64,000 nucleotides of DNA from Octopus vulgaris (Eukaryota): NCBI GenBank assembly GCA_951406725.2, contig OX597818.1, positions 43,400,001 through 43,464,000 on the forward strand, read 5' to 3'. Below are positions 38,701 to 52,149 of this stretch, in pieces (the stretch's first letter is position 1; the number at the start of each line of letters is the position of its first letter). The notes under the pieces are model-generated. The model had not been told where the DNA came from and searched no databases. It saw nothing but the letters and a program-made list of their open reading frames with translations. A program made the translations under genes and the position numbers.

Positions 38701-41311
38701 TAACAGTTCTGCCAGCTCGCCGCCTCATCATTGTCACCTTCATTATTCTTTAACATTTGCTTTCCATGCTGGCATGACTCAGGCGGTTTGACAGGAACTG
38801 ATAAACCGGAGGGCTGCACCCAGTTCCAGTCTGATTTGGCATGGTTTCTATGGCTGGATGCTTTTCTTAATGCCAACCACTGCAAGAGTGTAATGGGTGC
38901 TTTTTACATGCCACCAGCATGGGTACCGTTTACATGACTGGCTTCCGTGTAGGTGGCACGTAAAAACCACCAACTGATCATGGCCATTGCAGCCTCCCCT
39001 GGCACCTGTGCCAGTGGCACATAAAAAGCACCCACTACACTCACAAAGTGGTTGTCATTAGGAAGGGCATCCAGCTGTAGAAACACTGCCAGATCAGACT
39101 GGAGCCTGGTGCAGCCTCCTGGCTTCCCAGACCCCAGTTGAACCATCCAACCCATGCTAGCATGGAAAACGGATATTAAGCGATGATGATAACAGTCACG
39201 ACTATAGTTCCACTTGGCTTGATGAGTCCTCTCAAGCATAGCATATCACCAATGGTCTTGGTCACTTGTCATAGCCTCAATGAGAAAAAATATTTTTAAT
39301 GATGAAATCAAACACTTTAATTCCTTCACAGAAAAATCATCTTTATTTGAAGAATTTACATGTCATGCTATTTGAATTATTAATGAGTACATTTGTCAAA
39401 CCCTGAGAAATAAGTTGGTAACAATGGAAGGAACTGTAATACTGTATCAATACTGTTGTTATTGTTGTCAAAAAGACAAATTGATTAGAGTTGAAATAAA
39501 GCTTTGAATAAAATTATCACATCACAAATTTAATACTCAGTAATCAAAATAATTTTTCTAAGAAAACCTCCAATAATTATTGATTTCTTTTGGCAAGATG
39601 CAGCCAGATTTTGTATGGAAAGATTATAATTGATTAAAATTAACACAAACATATATTATTGATACTTTTAAATTTAGAACAGAATAGAGTCTGGTGGTAG
39701 GATTTAAGCCAAAAATATAAAGATTGAATTAAATACTTTACGATATTTACTAAATATACTGTAAAATATTTAGTTACAAGTCATACTGCCTCTTGGCTGA
39801 TAAAGTAGCAAAGTTGTTAGAGTGTCAGACTGCTTTGTAATAATCCTTCAGGCTTTCTGTGATCCGGGTTCAAACCCTACTGAGGTCAACTTTGCCTTTC
39901 ACTTTTTTGGGGTTGATGAATAATGTACCAGTTTTGTTATGGAGTCAATTCTTCTCTTTCTTTCACTCATTCTTTCTTTCTCTGTTTATCTCTCATACTG
40001 GAAGAAATCAGTTGTGGAGAGTGATGGGCTCCACTCATTCTAAAAATCCCCAAAACACTGTGTATCAGGGTATCAACCCCTACAATTCCATCAAAGAGTT
40101 GAGGGCCCAAAACAAAGCAAGGCATTCTATCTCAACTATTTTCCATTATCCTGCTAAGATAGATCTGCAATTCCTATTTTTCAGAATATATATTTTTTTT
40201 TGGCAACATATTGGAAAAATACATAATACTGAATTAATGATATTAATGAACGGATCAATTAGTCGTAATTTTCCTCAGAAATATTATAGACCTATTAAAA
40301 AAAAAAATAACTGTAAATTTCTCATATTAAATCAGAATAAATTCTTATAATTCAATCATAAATTAATAAAAGGTTTGGAAATAATTTATTTGTATCACTT
40401 TACAAATGTTACTTCTTTTAGGATTTCTAAATCCCATAGGATATCTTTCAAACATATGAATCCAAAATTATCTTGCATGTATTACTAAATTTCCGAAAGC
40501 TGGCCTGGATCTACAAAAGCGATTATGTTTTGTTTTTTTCTAGTTTGTTGATAATACTATCTTATTTATTCATCAAATCACACCAACCTTTATTTCGATA
40601 GCAATGAACAAATATTATCATATCAAAATTTTAATCCTAAAATATGAAATTCTTTATAACATCCATTAATTTATTTGTCAACTTCACATTTCAAAATCTA
40701 TGTTGTTCTGTTTATTGACCCAGAACAGTATTTTTTAGATTTAAAATAATCTGGCTATCTACACCAAACTATGGCACCTATATTCAAATCACGGCAGTAA
40801 CAGAACACAATAAATATTTCTTCTTTAGATTTTCCACACTACTGTTATTGTTCTTCTGTCATTACAGTTTTCACATTATTATCCTTATAAATTCATTCTT
40901 TCTTTTATGTAACGAACAAACGATAAAATTAATTAGCTGTCTCTATTGGTTAATGGTCAAGTTATTTAATTACATATATTATTGAACTACACTCGTTTCA
41001 TTCACACTGCAAAAGTATCACACAGAAGCAATTATTTGTTTGTCAAATAAATCCATTTTTCATTACTGTGAATTTTTTCTGGAATAGCTTTCTTTTTGAT
41101 AGCATTTTACTTCAGTTTTGTAATTTTATTAATTTAAGCAGTAAGCTATTTATAACAAAGGCCAAATAATTCTCACAAATATTTACTGTTAAACTATAAT
41201 CTTCCTTTGATAATATTTAGCAAACACTAAGTTTAAATTGGAAATGTTCTTTATACTATTTTTTTAAATTCATTAGATTTAGTCTAGAATTTTAGCAACA
41301 ATTTACAGATT

Positions 41312-41580
41312 TTAATCAGCTGATGTTGAACTTGAATCTTCTGATGAAGTATCAATGCTGCTTTGTCTAGAACCGCTAGACATTGTAGTTTTATGCTTGG
41401 ACTTCGATTTTGATGTTTTACTTACATATGAGGTCGATTGTGGAATGTCAGTTGTCATGTGAGGTTTATTGTTTACATTTACAGTCTGGGTTTCAACTGT
41501 CACATAGTTTTGTACAGAGATTACTTTCTTTTCACTTCCATAGTCTTCTGATGTACTGCTTTCATTTGATTCTGATGATT
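41312..41580 (-). CDS. PLAT-domain gene last coding exon (Ser-rich tail, stop)
   Basis: tttttag| phase 1 enters the frame of ORF 41312-41626 (ESSESNESSTSEDYG...SSSTSAD*). Followed by about 0.9 kb of repeat-free putative 3' UTR. Confidence 0.8.
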
Positions 41581-42559
41581 CTAAAAATGAGATGGATGAA
41601 GAAAAAAAATTATAATCAGTATTCATATTGAAATAAATTTTAAAATCTTCAGTGGTGCATTTCTTAAAATAGGTTTCAAATTTTGGTACAAGATTAGCAA
41701 TTCTTGGGGTGGGGATAAGCTGATTACACTGGTGTGTATTGTAATGACCCTGAAAGGATGAAAGACAAAGTTGGTCCCAGCGGAATTTGAACTCAGAACA
41801 TAAAGATTAATGAAATGCTGCTAAGCATTTTGTCTAGCATGCTAATGATTCTGCCAGCTAATCCCCTTTGCATTTCTTAGTATTGGCTGAAAAGATATAA
41901 AGTAATAATTACTACTGAAATAATGGCAACTTTAAGAATTCTCTAATTTCCTGGTGCTGTTTTATTGTTGCCTATTGTTGGTTCAATATCCATAAATCAG
42001 AAAAAGAATGCAAGCTGGTCAACAATGAACAGCAATGAAAAAGCACCAGGAAACTAAATGAACCCCTTATACCCTATGAATTATGGTATTTTTCCCCAGC
42101 TACATTGGAGGGGCTTGCATGGACCAATGATTCTGAGAGCGATGCTGTCAAGGGTTTTAAATTCCTGATAGGGCCACCCTTGGTGGCAAGGTTAAAAACG
42201 AGGTCCCAGACTAAGCGCAACCAACCCTCAAAGACCCCCAACAGTGGAACCACAAATCTCAATGTTTACAACAAATCTGAATGCTTGAACCAGTAGATGA
42301 AGAGGGCTATGCAGGACAGACATGTTACAGAAGGCACCACTCAAACCTATAACCAGGTCAGCAGCCCATTGCAACTTCATAACTGGATCCTGCATGTCTC
42401 ATTCTACGTGTGCTGCAAAGGAAAGTCATAAAATCAATTGTGGGGGTCACTTCCTAGCAAGTTGAGATCAACCTTAAACGAAGCCATACCAGTGACACCT
42501 TTTTTTCTATGATGACAATGATGGATGATGACAAGTTGGCAGAGAAGAAGTTTTTGCTG

Positions 42560-43370
42560 GTAAAAATATAAAAATCTGTAGCAAGTACATGATAAAAACG
42601 CTGTTAATACTCTTAACATCAGTGTCTGGTACAAGAATCTCTCAGTAAAACTTCCAGCTTATGTAGATGACATCAACCTTCATTCCATCTTAACATCCAC
42701 CTCCAAATGTCAGTCTGGACACTTTGTGCTAAATCTGCAGGGACTCCAAGAACAAAGATCTTGAAAAGATCCTGCAAAGGGGCTATGTCAGTTTTGCTTC
42801 TTTAACAAAACAAAAGCAGAATCATGACACATATCAATAAAACAATGTATGCCTTTGTCCATATGAAAAACAAGCCACAAGGACCTTCAAGGTCAATAAC
42901 AAACAGTAGGCCTTGCTATCACTGAAGATCTCTCCTAGTATTTATGCATCTGCAACTAAACTAAGACTGCAATACAAAGACAAGTTTTTTAAACCTTTTT
43001 CACATCAGAAAATAATTCATCCCTTAACAACAACAATAACAAACCTGTTACAAAGCCCAGTTGAGAATCACAATGAAGTGCTGCTCCCACATCTAGGATG
43101 TACAGTTGCTGCTCATGCAAATACCAAAGAAAGACAACTCAAATTATTAGCACAATGTCATTCACCATTGCACTTCTATCTCTGTCTCGCTGATATTCAG
43201 TCTCCTCTCTCTCTTTGCTTTTTCTACTGTTACTACAGAAGCTTCAGTTCCTCAAACCTAGCTGAATGGAAGCTACCATCCCCATTCAGGAACTTTTAAC
43301 CAACTTGTCTCTCTTCCTCAAATCCTTCCTATTGTATACATCTCCAATCCTTGGACTTTGTACAATGCCC
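42560..43370 (+). mobile_element. Highly decayed non-LTR retrotransposon remnant
   Basis: AYVDDINLHS (YADD-like RT motif) at about 42657, followed by degenerate LINE C-terminal-like sequence. Confidence 0.4.
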
Positions 43371-43784
43371 AATCCTGTTTCTTTATTGCCCACAAGGGGC
43401 TAAACATAGAGGGGACAAACAAGGACAGATAAAGGGATTAAGTCGATTTCATCGATCCCAGTGTGTAACTAGTACTTAATTTATCAACCCCAAAAGGATG
43501 AAAGGCAAAGTCGACCTCGGCGGAATTTGAACTCAGAACACCTGGCATGCTAACATTTCTACCAGCTCACTGCCCAATCCTGATTCCCTTCGGCATTCTC
43601 TCTCTGCCCTTGTTTTTATTGCAGCTGTCAACTTGCAACTGTTCAAAAAGCACATTAACTGCATTGACTTTACCAGTCTTGGAGGGCCTACGATGGCTTG
43701 GAGTACAACCTCTTCATCATGATGAAACCAAATAAAAATACTTAAAAAATAGATGTTAAAAATGACATTATTAATATAAGTTAA

Positions 43785-44380
43785 CCCTTTCATTACTGTA
43801 TTTATTTTGAGATGCTCTGAGTTTCTTTCAATTATTTTAAATATAACAAAGAATTTAGTAAAATAACTTCATTATGATTAAGCTAGTGTTAGGAACATAA
43901 ATTGTGACTAATGTTTGGTGGAAAATTTTAATTCAAAACTTATGAAAACAAAACATATGGTTCCAGGTTCAGTCCCACTGCGTGGCATCTTGGGCAAGTG
44001 TCTTCTGCTATAGCCCTGGGCCGACCAATGCCTTGTGAGTGGATTTGGTAGACGGAAACTGAAAGAGGCCTGTCGTATATATGTATGTATATATATATGT
44101 ATGTGTGTGTGTGTTTGTGTGTCTGTGTTTGTCCCCCTAGCATTGCTTGACAACCAATGCTGGTGTGTTTACGTCCCCGTCACTTAGCGGTTCGGCAAAA
44201 GAGACCGATAGAATAAGTACTGGGCTTACAAAGAATAAGTCCCGGGGTCGATTTGCTCGACTAAAGGCGGTGCTCCAGCATGGCCGCAGTCAAATGACTG
44301 AAACAAGTAAAAGAGTAAAAAGAGTAAAAGAGAGTACTACAGAGCCAGAGCCAGTTTCAGCCGGGTTGGTAACGAAAGGG
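43785..44380. mobile_element. piggyBac-type MITE containing a 5'-truncated family-A SINE
   Basis: TTAA|CCCTTTCATTAC ... GTAACGAAAGGG|TTAA. SINE at about 43957-44333. Uninterrupted sister copy at 48226-48451. Confidence 0.85.
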
Positions 44381-44443
44381 TTAAATAATAATATTCTTGG
44401 GAATGGCATCAAAAGTATTTCATCAAACAAATGTCTTACTTAC

Positions 44444-44605
44444 CCTCGGTGCTCTCCTCATCAGTAGATTCCCTAATATAAAGTTTATCATACAAAGTGA
44501 TGTAATTTGAATCTGATGTATTATTAGTATTAGGGTTTTTTTCAGCATTTTTTTCAGTTTCTGATAATAACTGAATGAGAGGATCAACTGGAACATTATC
44601 AATAT
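44444..44605 (-). CDS. PLAT-domain gene penultimate exon
   Basis: tttacag| ... G|gtaagt, 162 nt, open frame (DIDNVPVDPLIQLLSETEKNAEKNPNT...ESTDEESTE). Phase 1->1. Confidence 0.8.
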
Positions 44606-45278
44606 CTGTAAATAAACAACAAAAATAAAGTATATTTATTTTTGATATTTAATTTTCATCATCATCAACATTTAACTTTCACATTCCATTCTGGCATGGG
44701 TTGAATACTTGGATGGGAACTGATGCATTGAAGGGCCTCATTGAGCTCCAGTGTCTACTTTGGCTTAGTTTCTATGGCTGAATAACCTTCCTGATGCCAG
44801 CTACTTCACAGTGTGTCATGAAAATAATCATAGTATAATTTCTTATCAAAATATGGGAATAATTTCTATTATTTGCTCTTGTTCTTATTTGTCATAATAC
44901 TTTGTCTATTGAAAATAGCAACAGAATAATCATTCCATTGCCCTATTATTTATTGGATCTTAATCTATAGGAAGCTTTATGACCAAGCATGGCAATAATC
45001 CAGCAACTAAAAGCAGAAAAAAATAAGTGATTTAAAATTGGAATATTAAACCAAACAGAATAATTGACATCTTACAAATCCTATAAAAGGAAAATCAGTG
45101 TAGCTTAGATTTTAGCATCTGTTTATAGGCACAAGCATGGCTGGTTGGTTTACAAGCTTGCTTCCCAACCATGTGGTCTTGAGTACAATCCCACTACATG
45201 GCACTTTGCGTAAGCCCGTCACTGACCAAAATCTTGTGAGTGGATTTGGTAGATGCAAACTGAAAGAAGTCTCTCATA

Positions 45279-45383
<105 letters not shown>

Positions 45384-46148
45384 TATTAGGGAATATGATT
45401 CCAAGCTTACATGGAAAAATTCAATTTAGTAATATTAAATCAAATTTCACAATATATAATACATGTATATAAATTAGAGAAGAACCACCATGAAGCAATT
45501 TAACAATGATTTAAGTATATCAGTGTTGAATTGCTTCATGGAGATTCTTCTCTAATTTATATGTATACATATATATATATTGGCGTTAGGAAGGGCATCA
45601 AGCTGTAGAAACCATGCCACTACAAACATCTGGTGTCTGGACAGCTCCCAGCTGGTCTGCTCCATGTCAAACCATTCAGCCTATGCCAGCATGGAAAGCA
45701 GACGTCAAACAATGTTGATGGTTATATATCATCATCGTCATCATTTAATGTCCATGTTGGCATGACTTAAACGGTTTGACTAAGAACTGGTAAGCTGGGA
45801 AGCTGCATGAGGTTCCGATCCGATTTGGTATGGTCTCTAGGTCTGGATGCCCTTCCTAATGCTAACTACTCCAAGAGCGTAGTGGGTGCTTTTTACATGC
45901 TACTGGCACAGGTGCCATTGATGTGACACCAGCATCGGCCACGACTATGATCTCATTTGGCTTGACAGGTCTTCTCAAGCATGGTATATTGCCAAAGGTC
46001 TTGGTCACTTGTCACTGTCTCCGTGAGGCCCAACACTTGAGCAGTACTTTCTACATGCCACCAGCACAGGTGCCAATAAGATGGCACTGGCATCGATCAC
46101 AACTACAATTTCACTTGGCTTGATAGGTCTTCTCAAGCACAACATATT

Positions 46149-46528
46149 CGTTTCTACTCTAGGCACAAGATCCGAAATTTGGGGGGAGGGGCAATCGATT
46201 GCATCAACCCCAGTATGCAACCGGTACGAAAGAATGAAAGGCAAAGTCAACCTTGGTAGAATTTGAACTCAGGGCGTAAAGACAGATAGAATACCTATTT
46301 CTTTACTACCCACAAGGGGCTAAACACAGAGAGGACAAACAAGGACAGATAAATGGATTAAGTCGATTACATCGACCCCAGTGCGTAACTGGTACTTAAT
46401 TTATCGACCCCGAAAGGATGAAAGGCAAAGTCGACCTCGGTGGAATTTGAACTCAGAACGTAAAGACAGACGGAATACCGCTAAACATTTCGCCTGGCAT
46501 GCAAACGTTTCTGCCAGCTCGCCGCCTT
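46149..46528 (-). mobile_element. Dimeric Meta-domain-type SINE
   Basis: Same internal junction as the 9.0-9.4 kb copy. Flanked by TCAAGCACA(A/G)CATATT at 46133 and 46529. Confidence 0.75.
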
Positions 46529-47224
46529 TCAAGCACAGCATATTGCCCAACGTTTGAAGGGTACTTTTTATGTGCCAGTTACACAACACTGCCAACATCC
46601 ACAACTACAATCTCACTTAGCTTGACAGGTCTTCTCAAGCACAGCATATCGCCAGTGGTCTCAGTCACTTGTCACTGCATAAGTCCATCAGTACAATGAG
46701 GGAGTTGTGCCCAGAGCATTGTACTGCAGTAAACTAGTGAACAAGCAAAAACACATATATTTATGTGTGATCAATAATGTTTACAACACTAGAGCTACTT
46801 TTAATTCATAATTGAATTCAATCTTATGTATTCCTCGGCGTGTTATGCTAGCAAATGGTTCTTATACTATTTGTATATAGTCATTAGTTAGTGATTCAGT
46901 TCGTCCCTGGTTTAGTTCAGTTATGTGATGTTGATAAGCCACAAAAATGGTAAATATCACTATCCATCACTCCTGGATGGGACTGGAGGCGAGTTGTCTC
47001 CCCTGTCTGAGACTTTCAGGTATTTTAACTTTCAGTGATATGAGGGAGTCATGTGTAGCCTTGTCTACACATTGTGTGGCGGTTGTAAATGAGCATCACC
47101 GTCATACAAGTGAAGCTAATCGCTTCCTGTCTTCCATAAAAAAAAAGTCTAGCTATGGGAAAATACAAATAGTGTAGTAAATATAAAAATCTATAGAAAT
47201 AGTGTGAATATATTTTAATTTTAT

Positions 47225-47625
47225 ACTTTTAGACATTAAGCATCTTACTAATAATAACTCTGAGCACCTTTTCAAACTCCACCTGTCTAACACCCGTGGA
47301 CATGTTTACAAAGTCAGAAAACGGCACAGTTCTCATGACTTTTGGAAACATCTTTTCACACTAAGAGTTGCTGAAGTATGGAACAAACTGCCGGCATCAG
47401 TTGTTAGTTGTCGGAGCACTGCATCCTTCAAAACTTCCATGCTTCCTGAGATTTGCCAACACTACACCTGATTTTCTCCCCTCCATACACATGCAAGCAT
47501 GTATCTGGCTCACACACTGTTCATTTCCCAGACATTTGTACATTACTGCATATGCTTTATACGCACTTTTGACAAGTTGTGGTGCACCTGAGCACTGTGT
47601 ACAATAATTTCATTATTATAATATT
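47225..47625 (+). mobile_element. CR1-clade LINE 3' fragment
   Basis: Near-identical to 54230-54600. Ends GTGGTGCACCTGAGCACTGT...(ATT)n. Confidence 0.7.
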
Positions 47626-47979
47626 ATAAGCAGTAATTAAAATCAGAAGAAAGAACAAGGACCTCTGGTTGCATAATAAATAGAATCAATCGGTTGACCT
47701 TTTATGATCAGAGATATATGTTTGTAGATGTTTGTTCCTAGTAAGTTCAGGTAAGGATGGAGTGGCAGTTGTGATGCCAAGAGCAATAAGTGAAATTGCT
47801 TTAACTGAAAACTGAACTTCAACTACAAACTCATTTCATCAAGTGTCCACCTTAACTCTACGATACTTAGGAATATAATAGTAATCAACTTTATATATAC
47901 AAATAACCTGCTGTAAAGATAAAATAAGTAAACAACTACTTTAAAATGGTATTACAAGAAAGGCCCTCATAGATCTCAC

Positions 47980-48129
47980 CTTCACTAGTAGAACAGTAGG
48001 GACCAAGTAGGTCACGGTATGTCTTTCTGTCTCCACCTTGTCCAGAAAACCATTGAGCACAAGGAAATTCGTAGGTCCATTTCTGCTGAAGGTCATATAT
48101 AGTTATTTGGTCTAAGAACCAAGCATATG
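47980..48129 (-). CDS. PLAT/LH2 domain exon c
   Basis: atttag| ... G|gtgaga. Encodes PYAWFLDQITIYDLQQKWTYEFPCAQWFSGQGGDRKTYRDLLGPYCSTSE (PLAT WFL...YxFPCxxW). Phase 1->1. Confidence 0.92.
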
Positions 48130-48225
48130 CTAAATGTACATATGAAAAAAAATAAGAAAATGTAATACCATTGGTTATTTGGCATGGAAGATTAATAAAT
48201 GTAAAGAATTCTATTTACATTTTAA

Positions 48226-48451
48226 CCCTTTCATTACTGTATTTATTTTGAGATGCTCTGTGTTTCTTTCAATTACTTTAAATATAACAAAGAATTTAGT
48301 AAAATAACTCAGTTATCATTCAGCTAGTGTTAGGAACATAAATTGTGGCTAAGGTTTGGTGGAAGATTTTAATTCAAAACTTATGAAAACAAGATATTTG
48401 TACTCAGAGCCAGGGCCAGAGCCGGTTTCAGCCAGGTTGGTAATGAAAGGG
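48226..48451. mobile_element. piggyBac-type MITE
   Basis: TTAA TSDs and 12-bp TIR CCCTTTCATTAC/GTAATGAAAGGG. Confidence 0.88.
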
Positions 48452-48959
48452 TTAAATTAAAATGAATTTATGAAAGAATTAGCTGTTAAGATTTTTACTG
48501 TAAAGTAACATTATACATTAAAAGTAGTAATAAGATACTGAAAAGAGCAAGAATCCCAATGATGGAGCCTGTTTCACTTTTTCTCTTTCCTGTCTCAAAT
48601 TAATGACAAATATAACAGTTTGCAAGTTCATTTGTTGTATGACTTTTGTTATTTGTAATATGAAATTCTTCTGGAAATATGAGTAATATCATAATTATAA
48701 AAAAGGTGATTGGTAAAATATTACAAATAAATACCAAGAGCCAGAAAGACTCAGAAAAATAAATCAATCTGGAAAAGAAGACTATGGAAGCTGAAAGACC
48801 TAGTAAACAGACAAAAATTTAGAGATTTCCTGATGGAAGCTTCTGACAAAAGAGAGGAAGAGTTGGGAACATATAGCATAGAGGACAATTAAAAGTTCCT
48901 GTGAGACAATTTACCGAGGGTCACAGATGAAATCTGTGGTTGGTGCAGAGTCTCAGCTA

Positions 48960-50670
48960 GACCAAGGGTGACATGGTAGTGAGACATGAGCTCTGAATGC
49001 AGAAGACATGTATAGACTGGAGAGAAATGAAGGTAGTATGCTGTGTTGGATGTGCAATATTAGTGCACATGTAGGATAAAGTGCAAATGTATTGAGAGAA
49101 AGTTGGGCATAAGAGGAATCAAATGTAATTTGCAAGAGAAGAGAGACAATGTTGGGCTGGCCATGTGATGTGTAGGAATGAGGATAGCAGCATAAAGAAG
49201 TGCCAATCACTGAAAGTGAATGGTATCCTGCAGAAGAAGGATACCCAGGACGAAATGGGATGAAGTGGTAAGGAATGATCTCAGGATGTTGGGCCTCACA
49301 GAGGAAATGACAATGGTGAAGATGTCAAGCAATATGAGGTTCTGGAAAGAACCTGCCCACATCAATGAAACTGATTTCTAGAAGTGCTGTGTGTCCCACC
49401 CACACATAACAAGAGATCTTCTCATACACCCTACCACAACAAACCAAACTACATCTCTACCTCTCTTCTCTTCCTCACATTTCCACTTCGTGCACTATGC
49501 TTACCTTCCACTCTCCAATCCTATCCTCTTGGCCCTGTCCCACTGTAACATCTTGGTTCTGTCTCGCTGCTATCCTCCGCACATTCTACCCACATGTAAC
49601 AAAAAAACTTGTCATACACCCTTCCCCAACAAACCAATCTACATCTCTAAATCTCTTCTCTTCCTCACATTTCCTCCTTCATGCACTATGCCTACCTCTC
49701 ACTCCCCAATCCTGTCCTCATGATCCCATCTCTCTATATCATTCTATCTGGTAGTCCCCTCCCCCACTCTATATACCCAGATTTTCACCATTCACTTCGC
49801 CTCCCAACTCTCTTATCATGCTTCTTTGGCAATATCCTGCTAAGTATATTATGACCTTCGAACCTCAAGGGTATGCCCTGGCACTTGCCACCACATATAT
49901 CTCTCTCTGTCTTTACTCAGCCATCCCATTTATATTCTGATCCCCATCCCCTGAAAGTATACCCAGCACTGCCACCATATCTATCCTGATGTCTCCCACT
50001 CTCTCTGTCTCCTTCTTCTGCATTTCCCTCCGGTCAGGTAACCATGTGTCTCCTTTGCAGCAACATACCTGTTTCTATCCTCATTCCTGATCTCTCTCTC
50101 TCTCTCTCCCTCTTTCCCCCAGCTGGGTAACCTTGTGCCTCCTCTACAGCAAGACACCTGTTTCTGTCTTTCTGTCGTACTATAACCACTCATCATCTGA
50201 CACAAGATCACCTTCTCCAATGCCCCTCCCCACTCAAAAGATTTTTGTCTTGCAGATTATTTGGTGACCCTGTCAGTGCAGGTGTCACTTATAAAGCATC
50301 CAGTCCACACTGTAAAGTGGTTGGCATTTGGAAGGGCATCCAGCCATAAAAACCTTGCCAAAACTGACCTACCCTGTGTTTGTGCCATGTAAAAAGTACT
50401 AAGTCCACTCTGCTGGGTGGTTGGTGTTAGGAAGGCCGTCCAGCTGTAAAAAATCCTGCCCAATCAGTCACAGAAGTCTGGTGCAGGCTTCTGCCTGGTC
50501 AGCTCCTCTCAAACCGTCCCACCCATGCCAGCATGAAAGGCAGACACTAAATGATGATGGTCATGATGATGCTGATGCTGATGGTGGTGATGATAATGAT
50601 GATGATGATTATGATGATGATGATAATGATGATGATGATGATGATGAGGAGGAGGAGGAGGAGGAGGAAT
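48960..50670 (+). mobile_element. Decayed RTE-like LINE 3' portion with long 3' UTR and expanded (GAT)n tail
   Basis: ORF remnants HGSET*ALNAEDMYRLERNEGSMLCWMC..., WAGHV, then a pyrimidine-rich UTR ending GGCAGACACTAAATGATGATG. Related decayed piece at about 13020-13350 (-). Confidence 0.65.
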
Positions 50671-50971
50671 AATGATATACAATCATTATTATTATTTATA
50701 ATGAGGCAAGTGTCTTGTAATTAGAGTCTAAAATTAAGTTTTGATTCCTGTTTGAAGCCTTTTGACTTCATACAAAAGTAAGATATGAATATCATTATAT
50801 AAATTATTTTCTTTTTCCTATAAACATGCAGATAATGTAACCAACCAGAAGAAATTAATAATAACGACATATTGATTATGAAGTACAGGCTTAGCAAAGA
50901 CATCCGCTACTTTTGTAATATAGATTTATTGGATAAAAAAAGAAATCACTTAGGCTATAAAAACAACTTAC

Positions 50972-51050
50972 GCAACTCAGGACGGTCATGGCCAATGCGA
51001 ATCTTTTCCAAATGACCAACAGAAAATGACTCCACAAAGAAATGATCCTC
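50972..51050 (-). CDS. PLAT/LH2 domain exon b
   Basis: tttttcag| ... C|gtaagt. Encodes EDHFFVESFSVGHLEKIRIGHDRPEL (PLAT DxF...VGxLxKIRIGHD). Phase 0->1. Confidence 0.92.
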
Positions 51051-51262
51051 CTGAAAAATTAAAATAAAATATATAACTTCAGATATTATTTCATCATCAT
51101 CATCATCATCATCGTTTAACGTCCGTTTTCCATGCTAGCATGGTTTGGACGGTTCAACTGGGGTCTGGGAAGCCAGAAGGCTGTGCCAAGCCCAGTCTGA
51201 TCTGGCAGTGTTTCTACAGCTGGATGCCCTTCCTAACACCAACCACTCTGTGAGTGTAGTGG

Positions 51263-52149
51263 GTGCTTTTTACGTGCCACCTGCACAGGTGCCAGACGAG
51301 GCTGACAACGGCCACAATTGGATGGTGCTTTTTACGTGCCACCTGCACAGGTGCCAGACGAGGCTGGCAACGGCCACAATCGGATGGTGCTTTTTACGTG
51401 CCACCTGCACAGGTGCCAGACGAGGCTGGCAATGGCCACAATCGGATGGTGCTTTTTACGTGCCACCTGCACAGGTGCCAGACGAGGCTGGCAACGGCCA
51501 CAATCGGATGGTGCTTTTTACGTGCCACCTGCACAGGTGCCAGATAAGGCTGGCAACAGCCACAATCGGATGGTGCTTTTTACGTGCCACCTGCACAGGT
51601 GCCAGACGAGGCTGTCAACGGCCACAATCGGATGGTGCTTTTTACGTGCCACCTGCACAGGTGCCAGACGAGGCTGGCAACGGCGACAATCGGATGGTGC
51701 TTTTTACGTGCCACCTGCACAGGTGCCAGACGAGGCTGGCAACGGCCACAATCGGATGGTGCTTTTTACGTGCCACCTGCACAGGTGCCAGACGAGGCTG
51801 GCAACGGCCACAATCGGATGGTGCTTTTTACGTTCCACCTGCACAGGTGCCAGACGAGGCTGGCAACAGCCACAATCGGATGGTGCTTTTTACGTGCCAC
51901 CTGCACAGGTGCCAGACGAGGCTGGCAACGGCCACAATCGGATGGTGCTTTTTACGTGCCACCTGCACAGGTGCCAGATGAGGCTGGCAACGGCCACAAT
52001 CGGATGGTGCTTTTTACGTGCCACCTGCACAGGTGCCAGACGAGGCTGGCAACAGCCACAATCGGATGGTGCTTTTTACGTGCCACTTGCACAGGTGCCA
52101 GACGAGGCTGGCAACGGCCACAATCGGATGGTGCTTTTTACGTGCCACC
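51263..52149. repeat. 62-bp minisatellite, 14 full units plus a partial
   Basis: Unit GTGCTTTTTACGTGCCACCTGCACAGGTGCCAGACGAGGCTGGCAACGGCCACAATCGGATG. Starts at 51263, 51325 ... 52131. Embedded in an ATG-tailed repeat starting at about 51092. Confidence 0.97.

Noticed and set aside
39859-40350. 163-aa plus-strand ORF
   Set aside because: Starts inside a SINE remnant, has no recognisable domain and no supportable upstream exons.
47850-47910. Acceptor-like site after PLAT exon c
   Set aside because: The phase-1 reading hits a stop within about 7 codons.
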